This document shows, one piece after another, positions 1 through 12,439 of a stretch of DNA of 64,000 nt. The translations under genes and the position numbers were made by a program. The notes below the pieces were generated by a model, which saw nothing but the letters and a program-made list of their open reading frames with translations, was not told the DNA's origin and did no database searches. The DNA lies in the NCBI GenBank assembly GCA_028534125.1, contig CM052817.1:10108001-10172000 (forward strand), in the 5' to 3' direction. Numbering within the stretch: position 1 is the stretch's first letter; every line of letters begins with the position of its first letter. The DNA comes from Lama glama. Its lineage: Eukaryota.

Positions 1-631
1 TATTTCCTGTGTATATCAGTAGAAACTGTCCTTGTAAAAACTTTGAAAAAATTTAATAAGTAGTAATTATAATGAATACAGAATATTTCTTCATTTGAAC
101 ATACTATATTTATTTAATCTATTCCATTTGTTTCCAAATTTTTACTACTATCAATGCCGCTGCAGTGCATAATCTTGCCTATAAATCATCATGTACCTTC
201 TGTAACTATTTTCTTAGGTAAATTCCTAGAACTGGAATTAATTCATCAAAGTGTGACACTGTCACACTGCCCCTTAGGAGTGTTGGGTCAACTTACATTT
301 CCACACATATGCATTACAGTGGCCACATCAATGCTTACCACTAGGTATTTCCAGTCAGAAAGAAGAATCTTTGCCAAATGAGTGAGCAAAAATGAATATT
401 CTCACTTTTGGGAAAGCCATCACATAAAATAATGCCTTAATATGACTTAAAATCCAAAAGGATAGTACTATTTACATTTCAAATTTAAAACAGAATTTCC
501 TTCTAAGTCATTTACCTTTCATTTTTATATCAAGTCCTTCCGAAACAAGCTTATTGATAATCCATTCATTGATATTCTGTATGTAATGATAGTCATCTCA
601 TCATAAAAAAGGGAAAAAAGTCTGGACTTAC

Positions 632-700
632 TAGAACAGCCAGTGGGAGAGGAATGAACCCCATCCTCCGTGCCACGGAGTCACTGTAATCAGTATACGC
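632..700 (-). CDS. TAPT1: TAPT1 exon 11 (69 nt, AYTDYSDSVARRMGFIPLPLAVL)
   Basis: Acceptor ctcctttctccgtctag|, donor CTA|gtaagt; phase 0 to 0. Confidence 0.96.
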
Positions 701-1104
701 CTAGACGGAGAAAGGAGAACAGGATTTATGGGATTTAAACAGCATTTAAAAAGTACTATTCACTCACCACCAGTAAATGTTCTAAACAGGTGAGGCCATG
801 AGCAAGAAGAGAACCTAGCACCTACTACGTAATTTAGTGAAGTGATATGGAAATCTGAATGTTTATAAGAAGTTTAAAATACAAAGTTGCATAACTGTTC
901 CAGAGCTGCAGAAATCATACCCTATTTAATGTTAAGTATTAGTAAGTATTAGTATTATTTTTATTATTTCATAAACATTTAGTGTCAAGAACAGAGATAA
1001 GTAGGAAGTTTAAATTTACGATAGCTTTCCCTTAAATAATATCCCATGCTAAATCAAACCACTGTTTGGTTAATTTCAGACTACGTCTTTGATATAATGC
1101 TCAC

Positions 1105-1164
1105 ATTCTTCTGTCGACTGCTAACAAGGTCAAAAGCGAGGCTGGCTCTATATTCACTGTAGAC
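1105..1164 (-). CDS. TAPT1: TAPT1 exon 10 (60 nt, VYSEYRASLAFDLVSSRQKN)
   Basis: Acceptor gcctttag|, donor AAT|gtgagc; phase 0 to 0. Confidence 0.96.
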
Positions 1165-2582
1165 CTAAAGGCAAGTAAGAGTGAAGCATTAATACAGTGC
1201 AAATATACAACGTGGAAAGATTTACTCTGTAGATGAAATGTTCAATAGCTAGCCAGGAGGAGTGTGTAATGACCAAGCCGCATCCGGGTAGTGTTTCTCT
1301 ATTTGCTTTCCTACAAAAAGGGTAAAACATAGCCTCAATTCCCCAACTGTTATGTTCTCAGGCCTTTTAAAGGTTTCTCTTCAAAGAGGGATAAATATTC
1401 AATGATTATGATCCTGAGAGTTCAGAATTTTGGGAAGAATGTTTCTTTTAAGTAGTGTAAGATATACAAAATAATTCTGAAATTTTAAATTAAATGAACA
1501 GTTTAAACATTTATTATTGTATATCTAACAATAATGATGTCTTCTTAGAAAAATGAATGTTAAGCCTGATGTAAACCTGAGTTAGGGAACACAGTGGTTA
1601 TGAAGGCACTTGTAAACTATCATTTCCACTGAAAACTGCACTAAGTATTTAAGTCAAGCCTATTGATTTTGACTTCAGATGCTGAGAAAATGATTCCATG
1701 AAAAGGGATTTCTACTTTGAGGAAGCTGAGAAGAGTAAAGGGTGAAATTACTTTATCAGTGCTTTGCAAAAAAAGTGCAAAATCATATTTTATTCAAGTA
1801 TATGAAAACATTCAAAAACCCCATAATCCAATCATCATATTGATGCAGTTGCAACTGCATTACAACTTAAATTTTTGCCTTTTGAAATAAAACAAAAAGC
1901 ATCAGAGTAAGACAAAGTACAATCCAAATCAAATCTAGACAACTGGTGACATTACTGTTCATTTTGGGCCTGAGGTAGGATTGAGAAATGCACTAGAAAA
2001 CTAGCTGATGTTTTGTTTACAATGAGCCTAGAGCCACATATCTATTTCTGGAAATTCTACAGACTATCTGGTTACAATAGAAAACAAATTTCTCAACGTT
2101 CCATCAAATGTTTCCACTAGTAAAACGTAAGGCTCTTGTCTTCTAGAGCTTATCAGAAACCTATTCTTAATCACACACAAAAAACAATTTTTAAACATAA
2201 AATATTAAAAAAAATCTAGCCAGAGAGAAAAGTTTTGATTGATGTTTTAAATAGAAACAATGTGATTTTTAAAAGCTTAAGTAAACAGACTATGATGGTA
2301 TTATCAGTTTATAATGATTTTCAGTTAGCCACACCCTAACCTCAGCTACTGGCCAATCTATTTCTCCATCCAAAGGTATGGAACCACTGTTTAATACTGA
2401 AACAATGTACTTTCAGTAGTATATTTATTTTTAGAAATTAAAAATTATAATTCTAACTTTAAAGTGGTAGTACTCTCCTACTATCTTCATAAATGCAGTA
2501 AATTTAAACTGGCTACTCTACAGCTTTCTATTATTAATCAGAAGTCAACACTAAACATTGAATTGCTTATTGAAATACTTAC

Positions 2583-2692
2583 ATCTGCAGTAATGTCATT
2601 AAACTTTGTGATAAAGGCATGTTTTACAATATCCACAGCGATTTCCGATGCAATCACCATACAGACATCTGGAAACAACACCCAGAGATGAT
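2583..2692 (-). CDS. TAPT1: TAPT1 exon 9 (110 nt, DHLWVLFPDVCMVIASEIAVDIVKHAFITKFNDITAD)
   Basis: Acceptor ctttatag|, donor GAT|gtaagt; phase 1 to 0. Confidence 0.96.
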
Positions 2693-2764
2693 CTATAAAG
2701 TGGAGGGAAAAGAGACAATTAAATCTCTTAGAATGAACAGAGTCCATAATATCCCATCACAGGC

Positions 2765-3264
2765 NNNNNNNNNNNNNNNNNNNNNNNNNNNNNNNNNNNN
2801 NNNNNNNNNNNNNNNNNNNNNNNNNNNNNNNNNNNNNNNNNNNNNNNNNNNNNNNNNNNNNNNNNNNNNNNNNNNNNNNNNNNNNNNNNNNNNNNNNNNN
2901 NNNNNNNNNNNNNNNNNNNNNNNNNNNNNNNNNNNNNNNNNNNNNNNNNNNNNNNNNNNNNNNNNNNNNNNNNNNNNNNNNNNNNNNNNNNNNNNNNNNN
3001 NNNNNNNNNNNNNNNNNNNNNNNNNNNNNNNNNNNNNNNNNNNNNNNNNNNNNNNNNNNNNNNNNNNNNNNNNNNNNNNNNNNNNNNNNNNNNNNNNNNN
3101 NNNNNNNNNNNNNNNNNNNNNNNNNNNNNNNNNNNNNNNNNNNNNNNNNNNNNNNNNNNNNNNNNNNNNNNNNNNNNNNNNNNNNNNNNNNNNNNNNNNN
3201 NNNNNNNNNNNNNNNNNNNNNNNNNNNNNNNNNNNNNNNNNNNNNNNNNNNNNNNNNNNNNNNN
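2765..3264. other. Assembly gap (500 N) in TAPT1 intron 8
   Basis: Exactly 500 N; the round number suggests a fixed-size scaffolding gap. Confidence 0.99.
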
Positions 3265-3783
3265 TGTACACGGTGAATGTCTGCTGGCTGAAGAACTGAC
3301 GAAAATTCATGGAATCACAACTACTTCTGGTCAGCCTTGATTCAGAGATGTATAAGTAACAAAGTTTACTGCTTACATTCTATTTATCTTCATTCAAAAT
3401 GCTAATTCATAGGCAGTGAATGAGTAAAAGACAAATGTTAGGGGCTCCTGGTGAACCCCTAAAACGAGAAAGAGCAGACTGTACTCACAGAGCCACAGCA
3501 CACCACGGACAAAAAATAAGCCGAGAGGCTTGGCGGCTGCAGTGCCCAGCAGGGTCCACCCGACCCTGGGACGCAGCTCTAGAGACGTCGGGTGGTTCGT
3601 GGGAAACGAGGAGCCAAAGGTCCCCACCACCCACGGAGCACACTCAACCCACCTACTGGACCGAGAGAGTGCAACAGCTAAAGGTTTTTGAAGTTTTCTG
3701 CAACACTCACTTTATTCCATGAAAAGTATGCTTTTCGGTTCGAGGAAAATTAGAAGGCATTGTATTTGTTAAGAGTTACTTAC

Positions 3784-3864
3784 CTGGGTTCCAAGAAAAC
3801 TGTTCCATGTTTCTTAGACACACTATTAGCAAAAGCACGTAATTTGTGAATCGTTCCTTAATAT
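3784..3864 (-). CDS. TAPT1: TAPT1 exon 8 (81 nt, DIKERFTNYVLLLIVCLRNMEQFSWNP)
   Basis: Acceptor tttttcag|, donor CAG|gtaagt; phase 1 to 1. Confidence 0.96.
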
Positions 3865-4584
3865 CTGAAAAAAATATAACAAATACTATAGTGCATATAA
3901 ATAACATAATAATTTAGTACATATGTAAAATAATTTTCCTTTAGTCAGAACATGATAAAGTTATTATTTTATGTGTAAATGTCTGTAAAATAAATATACT
4001 ATTTTAAATACAGGTGGTGCTACACTGGTTAAGCCATTTACTTCTTTCACTAACATAATTCTAGTATGGAAATTCCAGTTTTCTACAAACTTCATAAAAT
4101 ACTCAAACCATCAATCTGCTCAGATTGAGTCAGATTCCTCCAACAGTCTTCAGGGACATATGGAAAGTTTTCATTTTACAGACAAAGGAAAAAATAGAAG
4201 CAGAAAGCAAAATACAAGACTCTGGGTAATATAAAACCCCTGCTTTCTACATTATTTCCAATCTGGTGAATAGTAAATACCCAAGTACCAACCTGTAAAT
4301 TCTTTAGCCAAGAAAGCATCAGTATTACAATAGCATTTCTTAGGGTGTATGTGGAACTTACGGGAGTGAAACAAGCTCAAAATTAGATTTCAAGAGGATA
4401 TTTACCATAAGTTACTAAGTACTCTGAGCTTAGCCTGAATGAATTTAAAAAAAGCAAATAACTAAATTCCTGCTAAAGGCTAGTTTACACAGTTCACTCT
4501 TTAAGCTGTTACCTTATCACTGTCTAAGATACGCTGTAATAGAGAAATGGAATGAAATAAATCCACGTCTGCAGTGAGCGTCTT

Positions 4585-4850
4585 GTCTTATATGTCAGTC
4601 TTTAAGCCATTCTGAGTTTATCCCTGTGTGCGGTGTGAGGGAGTGTTCTAGCTTCACTGATTTACATGCTGCTGTCCAGTTACCCCAACATCACTTGCTG
4701 AAGAGGCTCTTCTCCATTGTACATTCTTGCCTCCTTTGTAGAAGGTTAATTAACCAAAAGTCTGTGGGTTCATTTCTGGGCTCTCTATTCTGTTCCATTG
4801 ATCCATGTCTGTTTTTACCACGCTGTTCTGATTTTTTGTAGCTCTGTAGT
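4585..4850 (-). mobile_element. LINE-1 fragment (late ORF2 region), antisense
   Basis: Typical L1 text: tgctgtccagttaccccaacatcacttgctgaagagg...tttctgggctctctattctgttccattgatc. Confidence 0.8.
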
Positions 4851-5454
4851 ATTTTTTGTTTGTTTGCTGGTTTATTTTATTTTTTTAATTGAAGTACAGT
4901 CAGTTGCCATGCCCACGTGCTGCGTCTATGCAGCGATGGGAGCTGTGGCTAGAAGCCATCACGTGCCTAGGAACCATCTCGAACACCTGTATGCATCTGT
5001 TGTCATTCCCCTAATAGCCCAGCACCTCGGTCATCCAGGGCCTCCCATGGGGCCCCAGAGCCCTCTGCATTTCAGCTTCACCTTGAAGCCCTTCCTGGGA
5101 CTGCTCTCCGTTGCTCTACAGCAAATGATCTGGACTCTTATCTACAGCTACACCCAGTCTCCGCAAGCAAGCTGTGTGCCTTCCCAAAATGCCTAACTGC
5201 TTCCCAGTCAGTCGCAACACCTCTTTTCTAGGGGAGCTCAGATCCCAGCCCTTGTCTATAAGGAGTCTGAGCTGTCTCCTTAATTCTTCAAAAGCCAGTG
5301 GGCACAACTTGCTGTTCTAGTATGAAAACTGGAGAGTCACTTCCTGTGAAATACCATATTTTGGGGTATAAACTCACAGCACAGGAGTCTCGAGGTGAAG
5401 AGCACAGGCATGCCCCCTTGAAGGAAGCACGTGCAGGAGTTTAACGAACACGTG

Positions 5455-5580
5455 TTACAGACAACAAGGTCCAACTGTACAGCACAGGGAACCCTGTAAC
5501 AGCTGTGTAACTGAATCACCGCGCTGTCCCCAGAAATTAACGCAACACTGTAAATCAACTGTACTTCAATAAAAAAAAAA
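5455..5580 (+). mobile_element. Short L1 3'-end insertion with poly(A)
   Basis: ...gtacagcacagggaac...aacactgtaaatcaactgtacttcaataaaaaaaaaa, a laurasiatherian L1 3' terminus. Confidence 0.75.
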
Positions 5581-8349
5581 GTACACATGGTGTGACTAGT
5601 TCTAGATCACATGTTCAACTTATTTTGTGATGTCAAAAGGGAACACTGGTTAAAGGAAGCTAGGAAAAGTCTGTCCTAAAACAATTTCCACCATAATCTA
5701 AAACAAAATTTATCCTCTGCTATTTATGTATAGTCAACTGTGGAACTTACTTCATGGGATTAAGTAAATCTGTCAAAGTACCTTTAATGGAATTCTGTAA
5801 AATTATTCACAAAGCTGCATCAATACTGTGTTAAGTCCCCTGAATTTCTAATTTCTATAAACAAATTTAGCAAAGAAATGTACTTATTTCTGACCCTCCT
5901 ACTAAGTAGGGACATATGATACTGATTTGGTTCACTGTAGAATTATCTGGAAAGAAATCACCTTGAGAAACTGAAAACATTATTTGAGACAAGCCAACAT
6001 AATTTTAAAAACTCTAATAAAACAAAAACAATAGCAGTGTTTAAATCAATCACATCTGACTCTTGGACACAGGGCAGGTGGCAGCATAGAGGAAACCCAT
6101 AATCATTTCAATTCTAAGGACACCATAAAAGGAGTGAAAGTCCATCTTAGGGGAATATTCAAGGCAAAATAGATTTTAGAAAAGCAGACTATTTCAAAAT
6201 ACTGTAGAGATTAATAAAAACTGGCAACTTTTGGTAGATAAATGCAATTTTATACTATGAGGGATATGAAAAGTGGTTTAAGTTTAAAGATTAAAAAGAA
6301 AAGCAGCACAAAAAGCACTTATTTATCAATCTAACTACAAAAATGAGGTTGTTATGCAAATATTTAAAAAGTTTCATTTTTGTACTTTCACAATTTACTT
6401 TTTGTTTTACATTTAAATGATTTACATACATTTTGAAGCCAAGATTTGACTTTTAAAATTTGAGCATTATCAAAGCATACTAGAATTCTGAAAAAGTTAT
6501 TCCAGAATGAAATAAAACCTTACATAAGGAAATGAAGTTTTTTTTGAAAATAACAGATTCTAATGATAATCTAACATTTTTACTAGATAAACAAGGCAAT
6601 TAACAACTTATTTACATCATATCTCATCTTCAGAACAAAGTTTTGACTTGGACAGAACTCTTACATTAATTAAAAAATGAAAACTTCTATCAAAATGGAA
6701 ATGTTTTCTCTCAACCATTATTAAGGAGCTTAAAAACACTGGTGACTAATACTTTAAAAAAATTTCTGATCTGCAGATTATGAAGCTCCCTTTTCTCTTC
6801 TATGTTACCACTAGGGGGATATACTTTAACGTAGTTACAATTGCATTTTAAATGGGAAATAAGTAACTATTTCACTTTCAACAGTCATTCAAGTTAATGC
6901 AGTTATACAGGCTTATGCTGAGTGAAACAGAAGCACCCTGGGATGGGACCTGAGTGCAGATCAATGTAACTCCTGCAGGATCTTTCTGAATGTACAGTTC
7001 ACATTATCAATAGGTTATTAACGGCATAAAAATTTTCATTTTAAGAATGCAAATCGGAAAGGCCTAGGTTCCATACTCTGGTACACACACTAACATGAAG
7101 TGAAAGAAAAAATAAACTGTTGAAAGCTGGGTTTTATTAACTAAACTCCATTTCATGTGTCCTCAGGCAATTCCCTTAAAGAAACTGTACAGTCAGGTAA
7201 TAAGCTGAAATAGATAAAGTCACTAAAATTTCCAAACCAAGTTTTCAACAGTAAACTAGCATGAGGCACTGAATTTGATCCTACACACACAGCAGCTCAG
7301 TGTCTCAGAGAAATTCACAGGAAAAGAAGGAGCTGGTGTGTGACCAGCGGCATCCTTTGGGCTGGTTCTCATCTCACAGCTGCTAATGCAGGTGGAGGAG
7401 GCAATAAACTCAGTCACCTTGTGAAAAGTAGGCTTCAGTGACTCCTTATCCACCCCTTTAGTATCTGAGCACCACATGCAACACCAGCGAGATTGTCTAG
7501 GACGGATTTTTCCTTCTTACTTGGGAATGGGTTTTAAAAGCTACCCGAGGTAAAATTAATTTCTTATAAAACTTGCTGAAGACAGAAGGCAGCACAATGC
7601 AGAGCACCCTGCACTGTAATATGAACTACTTTACCTTTAATAAAAAGTAAAACTTTTCATGTTGGTTACTAACCATTCTAAGCCAAAATATACTCCTGAA
7701 TTTCTGGTAAACTGATACGCACTGCCTGGTCCACATGCGCTGTTTTCAGAGTTTTCTTAAAACTGAAATATTGAGTCTCTAATCCTTCTAAAGTAAGAAA
7801 TTATAATCTGGGGGACCAGCTCATAAAAGAAAGAAAAGGGGATATTAATTACATCAACATATAAGTGATAAGGTTAAAAATCGTTCATAATCTCCTCCTC
7901 ATGATATATAAAGGCTGAAAACACTTAAAACTTAAAGAACTGCTTGTCTAGTTTAAAGCTCTATAAAGAGACCCTACTAAAATCAGGTTATTAATAAAAG
8001 TAATGATTTCTGCTACAAGTGAAATGTTTATAGTTGAATTAACATATTGTATAATTAATTCTTGAAGCTGAGAAAAAAAAATCCTATAACATAGCCCTCC
8101 CCTCCTCTCCTCTCTCGTTTCAGGTTCACAGGGCTGGGCAGCGCACACCTGAGGAAGAACGCTGCTGCACAGAGAGACACAGCCCAGACTGCCCCTCAGA
8201 GCTCTGTGACCTACGTTCTATCTCTGTCCCGCAGAACTGTCTGAAGTTCTTCATTTCTTCTTTTTGTTTCTAGCCTAGTTTTCAAATCTCCTATAGCTCT
8301 AAACATTCATTCGCTTTAATTTATTCATACGCCATTATTTTCCTTGTCT

Positions 8350-9000
8350 AACACAGAGGTAAAGTTTATACACAGTGAAATTTTACTCTTAAGTGTACAA
8401 TCTGATAAGTTTTGATGAATACATACCCTAGGTCACCATCCCCATAATTAAAACACAGAGCGGTTCCATCACTACAGCACGTTCCCTTGTACCGCCCCTG
8501 TCCCGGCCTATCCCCGCCCTAGGAAGCAAGCACTCTTCTTCGTCTATCATCATAAATTCATTGTCTGATCATAAACCTCGTACAGTATGCACTCTGTGTG
8601 TCCGGCCTCTTCTCACTCAGCGTAAGGCTTCTGAGACACGTCCACACAGATGAGTGTACCAGTAGTTTTCTCTAATTGCTGAGGAGCGTGGACATAACAA
8701 AATTTATTTATCTACTTTCTTCTTAATAGGAGGATTTGGGTTGTTGCCAGTTTCTGGTTATGAGCGAAGCTGCCATAATAACTCTTGTACAAGTCTTTTA
8801 GTGAAAATGTGTCCTCACTGATGAGAACACAGGATAGGTGAATATTTAAACATACAAGAAACAGCCGGAAGGCTTTCCAGAGTAGCTGCAGTATTTTACA
8901 CTCGCGCCATCCAACACGTGAGAATGCCAGTCACTCCCCAAGCTCACTGACGCTCAGCATCGTCAGGCTACAGGGCCAGCTATTCCAGTGGGTGTGTGGT
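8350..9000 (-). mobile_element. Old L1M (L1MB/MC-like) 3' region, antisense
   Basis: gaggtaaagtttatacacagtgaaa...aagtgtacaat...ggttgttgccagtttctggttatg resembles an L1M 3' UTR; boundaries approximate. Confidence 0.65.
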
Positions 9001-9039
9001 GACCTCTCTCCGGCTTCCACTCCCCACTGACCCCCCATT

Positions 9040-9185
9040 TTTACCACAGTGCAAATGGCAACATGGTGAAAGAGATAAATAATATCCTCATATTCTTATG
9101 AAAACAGTTTTGATTTTGCAGACTTCCCTCCAGGGACTCAGGGACTCCCCTTCAGGGTTCCATGGGCCATACTTTGAGAACTAAG
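9040..9185. mobile_element. hAT-Charlie/MER-type DNA transposon remnant
   Basis: Ends ...gggttccatgggccatactttgagaact, resembling a hAT-Charlie terminal sequence. Confidence 0.5.
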
Positions 9186-9324
9186 ACACTATGCTCCTCT
9201 GATTTTCCTAACTATGTAAGATAATGTTTCCAGGGATAAATTTTGTGCCTTCACACTTCTTAGAAAGGAGGAAGGAAGGTCAAACTGAAAAAGCCAAGAA
9301 CCAAGAGACAACCTGAAGTTTACT

Positions 9325-9490
9325 GTCACAGTTTTGCTCTTAGTAGCTAAGTGAGTGACCTTGGCGAAGTCAAATTACTTTCTCTGTGTTTCAGTTTCCA
9401 CAGCCATAAAGTGAAATAGTATTAACTGTTTCCAAGGAATTTCTGAGATTAATGAGAAGCTTCTGCAAGTATGGTAAAGTGCTACACAAA
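9325..9490 (+). mobile_element. MIR SINE
   Basis: gtgaccttggcgaagtca...tttctctgtgtttcagtttcc...gtaaagtgct, MIR core. Confidence 0.6.
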
Positions 9491-9700
9491 TACCTGTGAT
9501 TTTTAAACATTATCTTAAACATCCTGAGATTACAATAAGCAAAGTAATAGTAATTAAAAAAAAACTTAGTAAAGATGTTGAGAGAATGAGAAAGCACAAC
9601 TTAAGTCAGAGAAACAGTGGCCCACAGGACTGTGGCATCAGAGTTTTAGAATGACTTACAATACTGCAAAACGCTGCTGGTAGGATCTAATTGTACATAC

Positions 9701-9770
9701 CGCTATTTGACATCTGAAAAAGATTGTTCTTTTCAAACTTCTTGAAAACACTTCCTTTAATTTCAACAAA
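9701..9770 (-). CDS. TAPT1: TAPT1 exon 7 (70 nt, FVEIKGSVFKKFEKNNLFQMSNS)
   Basis: Acceptor tatttcag|, donor GCG|gtatgt; phase 0 to 1. Confidence 0.96.
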
Positions 9771-9950
9771 CTGAAATAGTAAACACAGACATCATTGTCA
9801 TCAGTATAACAGTTTTAAAATGGACATGCTACTCATAGAGCTACCTAGAGAATAAATAACATTTAGAAAAAGTAATTTTGTCCCATCTAGAATATTGCCG
9901 TTAAAGTGCCCATATATCCTCAAAAATGTGAAATAAAATCTCATACTTAC

Positions 9951-10048
9951 ATTATTAGACATCATGATAGTAAGCAGGGACTTGTTGTGTGAGTTAAAAG
10001 CTACGTTGAGAGTTGTTGCTTGAACCATTATAAGAATTGCATGCAAAA
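9951..10048 (-). CDS. TAPT1: TAPT1 exon 6 (98 nt, FLHAILIMVQATTLNVAFNSHNKSLLTIMMSNN)
   Basis: Acceptor ctgctag| preceded by U12 branch site ctccttgac; donor AAT|gtaagt; phase 1 to 0. Confidence 0.96.
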
Positions 10049-11269
10049 CTAGCAGTAAGTGATGTCAAGGAGAAAACTTAAGTCTGTTTTCAGTTTATGT
10101 TAATAGGTAATACTATAAAATCTTAAAAGTTTATAATGGGGAAAAAGGTGACTATGCTTTCTAAATCAAGTCTTACAGAAGCATTTTATTCTCTTTGTAA
10201 TTTCCCCATCAGCTCTAGTTGATATAAATCTAAAGGGACAAGATATATGCAACCCATTTTGAAATAAACAAAAGCAGAAATGAACCTCTGTGCCTCCAAC
10301 CACTTAGACTGTGAGTTCTGGAAAATGGCTATGTTGATCTTTCTAGAGCTCTGGCATTTCGTACAATGCTTGGGAAATAGGACCTCAGAAAAGTTTATTA
10401 AATAAAACGAATAAATTCTGGTAAATACTGAAAGAAGAGACTTAGATATACACATTTCGAATTAAGAAAATTTGCATTTTAAGAGAGAAAAGAACACAAA
10501 GTAAAAGTTATTCTGGAAGTGATTTTCCTCTCCGGTTCTTCAAGGATGGGGAGAGTGAGATAATAAGGAATGTCTGACAATTAAGACTCTTCCTCAGATG
10601 TCCTTTTTGAAGCAGCCACAAGCTGTAGAATTATACTCATACTACATATGGAATAGTTTACTTTAATTAGAACAGTACTTTTTACTCCATTTACACTTAG
10701 AACAAGCTTCTACTCTCAAAGAAATCTTCCCACATGGTCCTTTAACTTCCCAAATACTAGTCCAATTCTCTCAAGCATCGCTCTTTCAGAGACAGTACAA
10801 AAAAATCACATGACACCGTCCTATGAACGAGTCCTGACTCCACATGGAACGTAAGTGTAGGCTGCACGTGTGTGTAAATACAGATGCATGGACACACACA
10901 TTTGCACACTGGGTTACAGACTAAAGCATCTCCTCTCCAGAAGAAAAGCTTTCAGATGCGGGTGCTGGAGGGGAAAATCAAATCTCCAAAATTCCTCCCC
11001 AATCAATTCAAATTTTACTTTAGAAGAACTGTATACATTTTAAGCTGAAAGTTATAACAAAGAAGTCACAGGCTTAAAGATAATGTCAAAAAAGTTCTAA
11101 TATAAGTATGGAAAAGTTACATAGATTTATACAATGTAAAGTATGTACAAATAGACTAACCCTTTATTCTAAAACCCTACCTTACAATCAGTTACACTGA
11201 GAAGAGAACTATTTTCTAGCAGTTCAAGGGTCCTGCACACATGAGGCTCTTCAAATTAACTGACAGTCA

Positions 11270-11442
11270 CGGTTGACCCACGAGCAACATGGGCCTGAAC
11301 TGCATGGGCCCACTTACACGCATGTATTTTTCAGTGGTGATTACTGAGCTACTACATGGTCCGTGGTTGGCTGAATCCTCAGATATGGAGGGCTGATTAT
11401 TAGTTATACTTGGATTAACCCACGTTGTTCAAGGTCTACTGT
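11270..11442 (+). mobile_element. Tigger2-family (TcMar) MITE
   Basis: Terminal inverted repeats cggttgacccacgagcaaca ... tgttcaaggtctactg followed by TA. Confidence 0.75.
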
Positions 11443-11492
11443 ACTGCTAGAACCAATTTCTCAAAAGAGAGCAGACATTTCACATTTATCTT

Positions 11493-11494
<2 letters not shown>

Positions 11495-11534
<40 letters not shown>
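11495..11534 (+). repeat. (AC)20 microsatellite
   Basis: Direct read. Confidence 0.97.
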
Positions 11535-11536
<2 letters not shown>

Positions 11537-11622
11537 CTTCAGAACTGAGAAATAGCTAACCAAAAAGAACGATGTAGACTACACGTTGATGCTTGGGATT
11601 TCCAAGAAGTCTAAAAGGATAC

Positions 11623-11758
11623 AGACATAAAGAACGGCCATGAAAAAGTGAGGAATCACCCCGATGTGGGCTCTTTTTCTTTCTTTGGGCTCTGTTGCGG
11701 TCCAATAGAGAGCATCTAATATATCTTGTCCAAATGATGAAAACAGACGATCTGCCAC
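11623..11758 (-). CDS. TAPT1: TAPT1 exon 5 (136 nt, VADRLFSSFGQDILDALYWTATEPKERKRAHIGVIPHFFMAVLYV)
   Basis: Acceptor ttttctctctag|, U12-type donor T|gtatcctttt; phase 0 to 1. Absent from the ORF track; found by manual translation. Confidence 0.96.
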
Positions 11759-12439
11759 CTAGAGAGAAAAATTTTGGAAAGGTGTTTCTTAATATTCCAT
11801 TTGAATATTTGACTAAACTTCAGAGGTAACTCAAATACTGGAGATGTGACTTTCTATTTATTTATTTTTTGTTGTTTTCTTTTTTTTCCCCCTGACTTTT
11901 TAAATCCCACTAGAAGGTAAGCTCCAAAAGAGAACAGGGATCTTTGTTTACTTACTTAAATTTTCTTATTCTCTGACACAAAATGTGTGCTCAAATTTTA
12001 TATTATTTAAGTTACACTGTCTAATTAGCTATGTTTGTAACAAGGAAAGTCTTACGTAGTAGCAAAAATAAAAGGGAGACAATATATCAAAATCATAGCT
12101 CCTCTGGTTTTAACTCTTTAAATTCAAATTCAGGATTCAAACTTGAATCCTTTAGGATAAGCATATCATTTGACCCATTCTACACACACCTAGTATCTGT
12201 AAACAACAATTTGTTTAAGGTTTATCACACAGCATATAGTATGCAGCCTTGCTTCCTAAAGACATTTTCAAGTACTGACCTCCATGCATATAGTATGATA
12301 AATAAAAAGGCACATAACAGAGAAAGGAGGGCATAGCATTCAGGATTCAGCTGGAATGTCACATTCTAAGACAGGACTTCCCAGACCCTCCAATCTCGGG
12401 GCTCCCATGGTGTCTAATGTGTCAACCCTGTTCTTCATC

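Larger units (their letters stand above)
10049..11622 (-). other. TAPT1: U12-type (minor spliceosome) GT-AG intron, TAPT1 intron 5
   Basis: 5' splice site GTATCCTTT (consensus RTATCCTTT); branch site TTCTCCTTGAC (consensus TTCCTTRAC) with the branch A about 16 nt upstream of the AG; no long polypyrimidine tract. Confidence 0.92.

Noticed and set aside
2619..3310. 226-aa and 205-aa ORFs
   Set aside because: Artefacts of reading through the N gap.
4798..5196. 132-aa ORF (…MPTCCVYAAM…) as a possible retrogene
   Set aside because: Starts within L1-derived sequence; no recognisable protein family.
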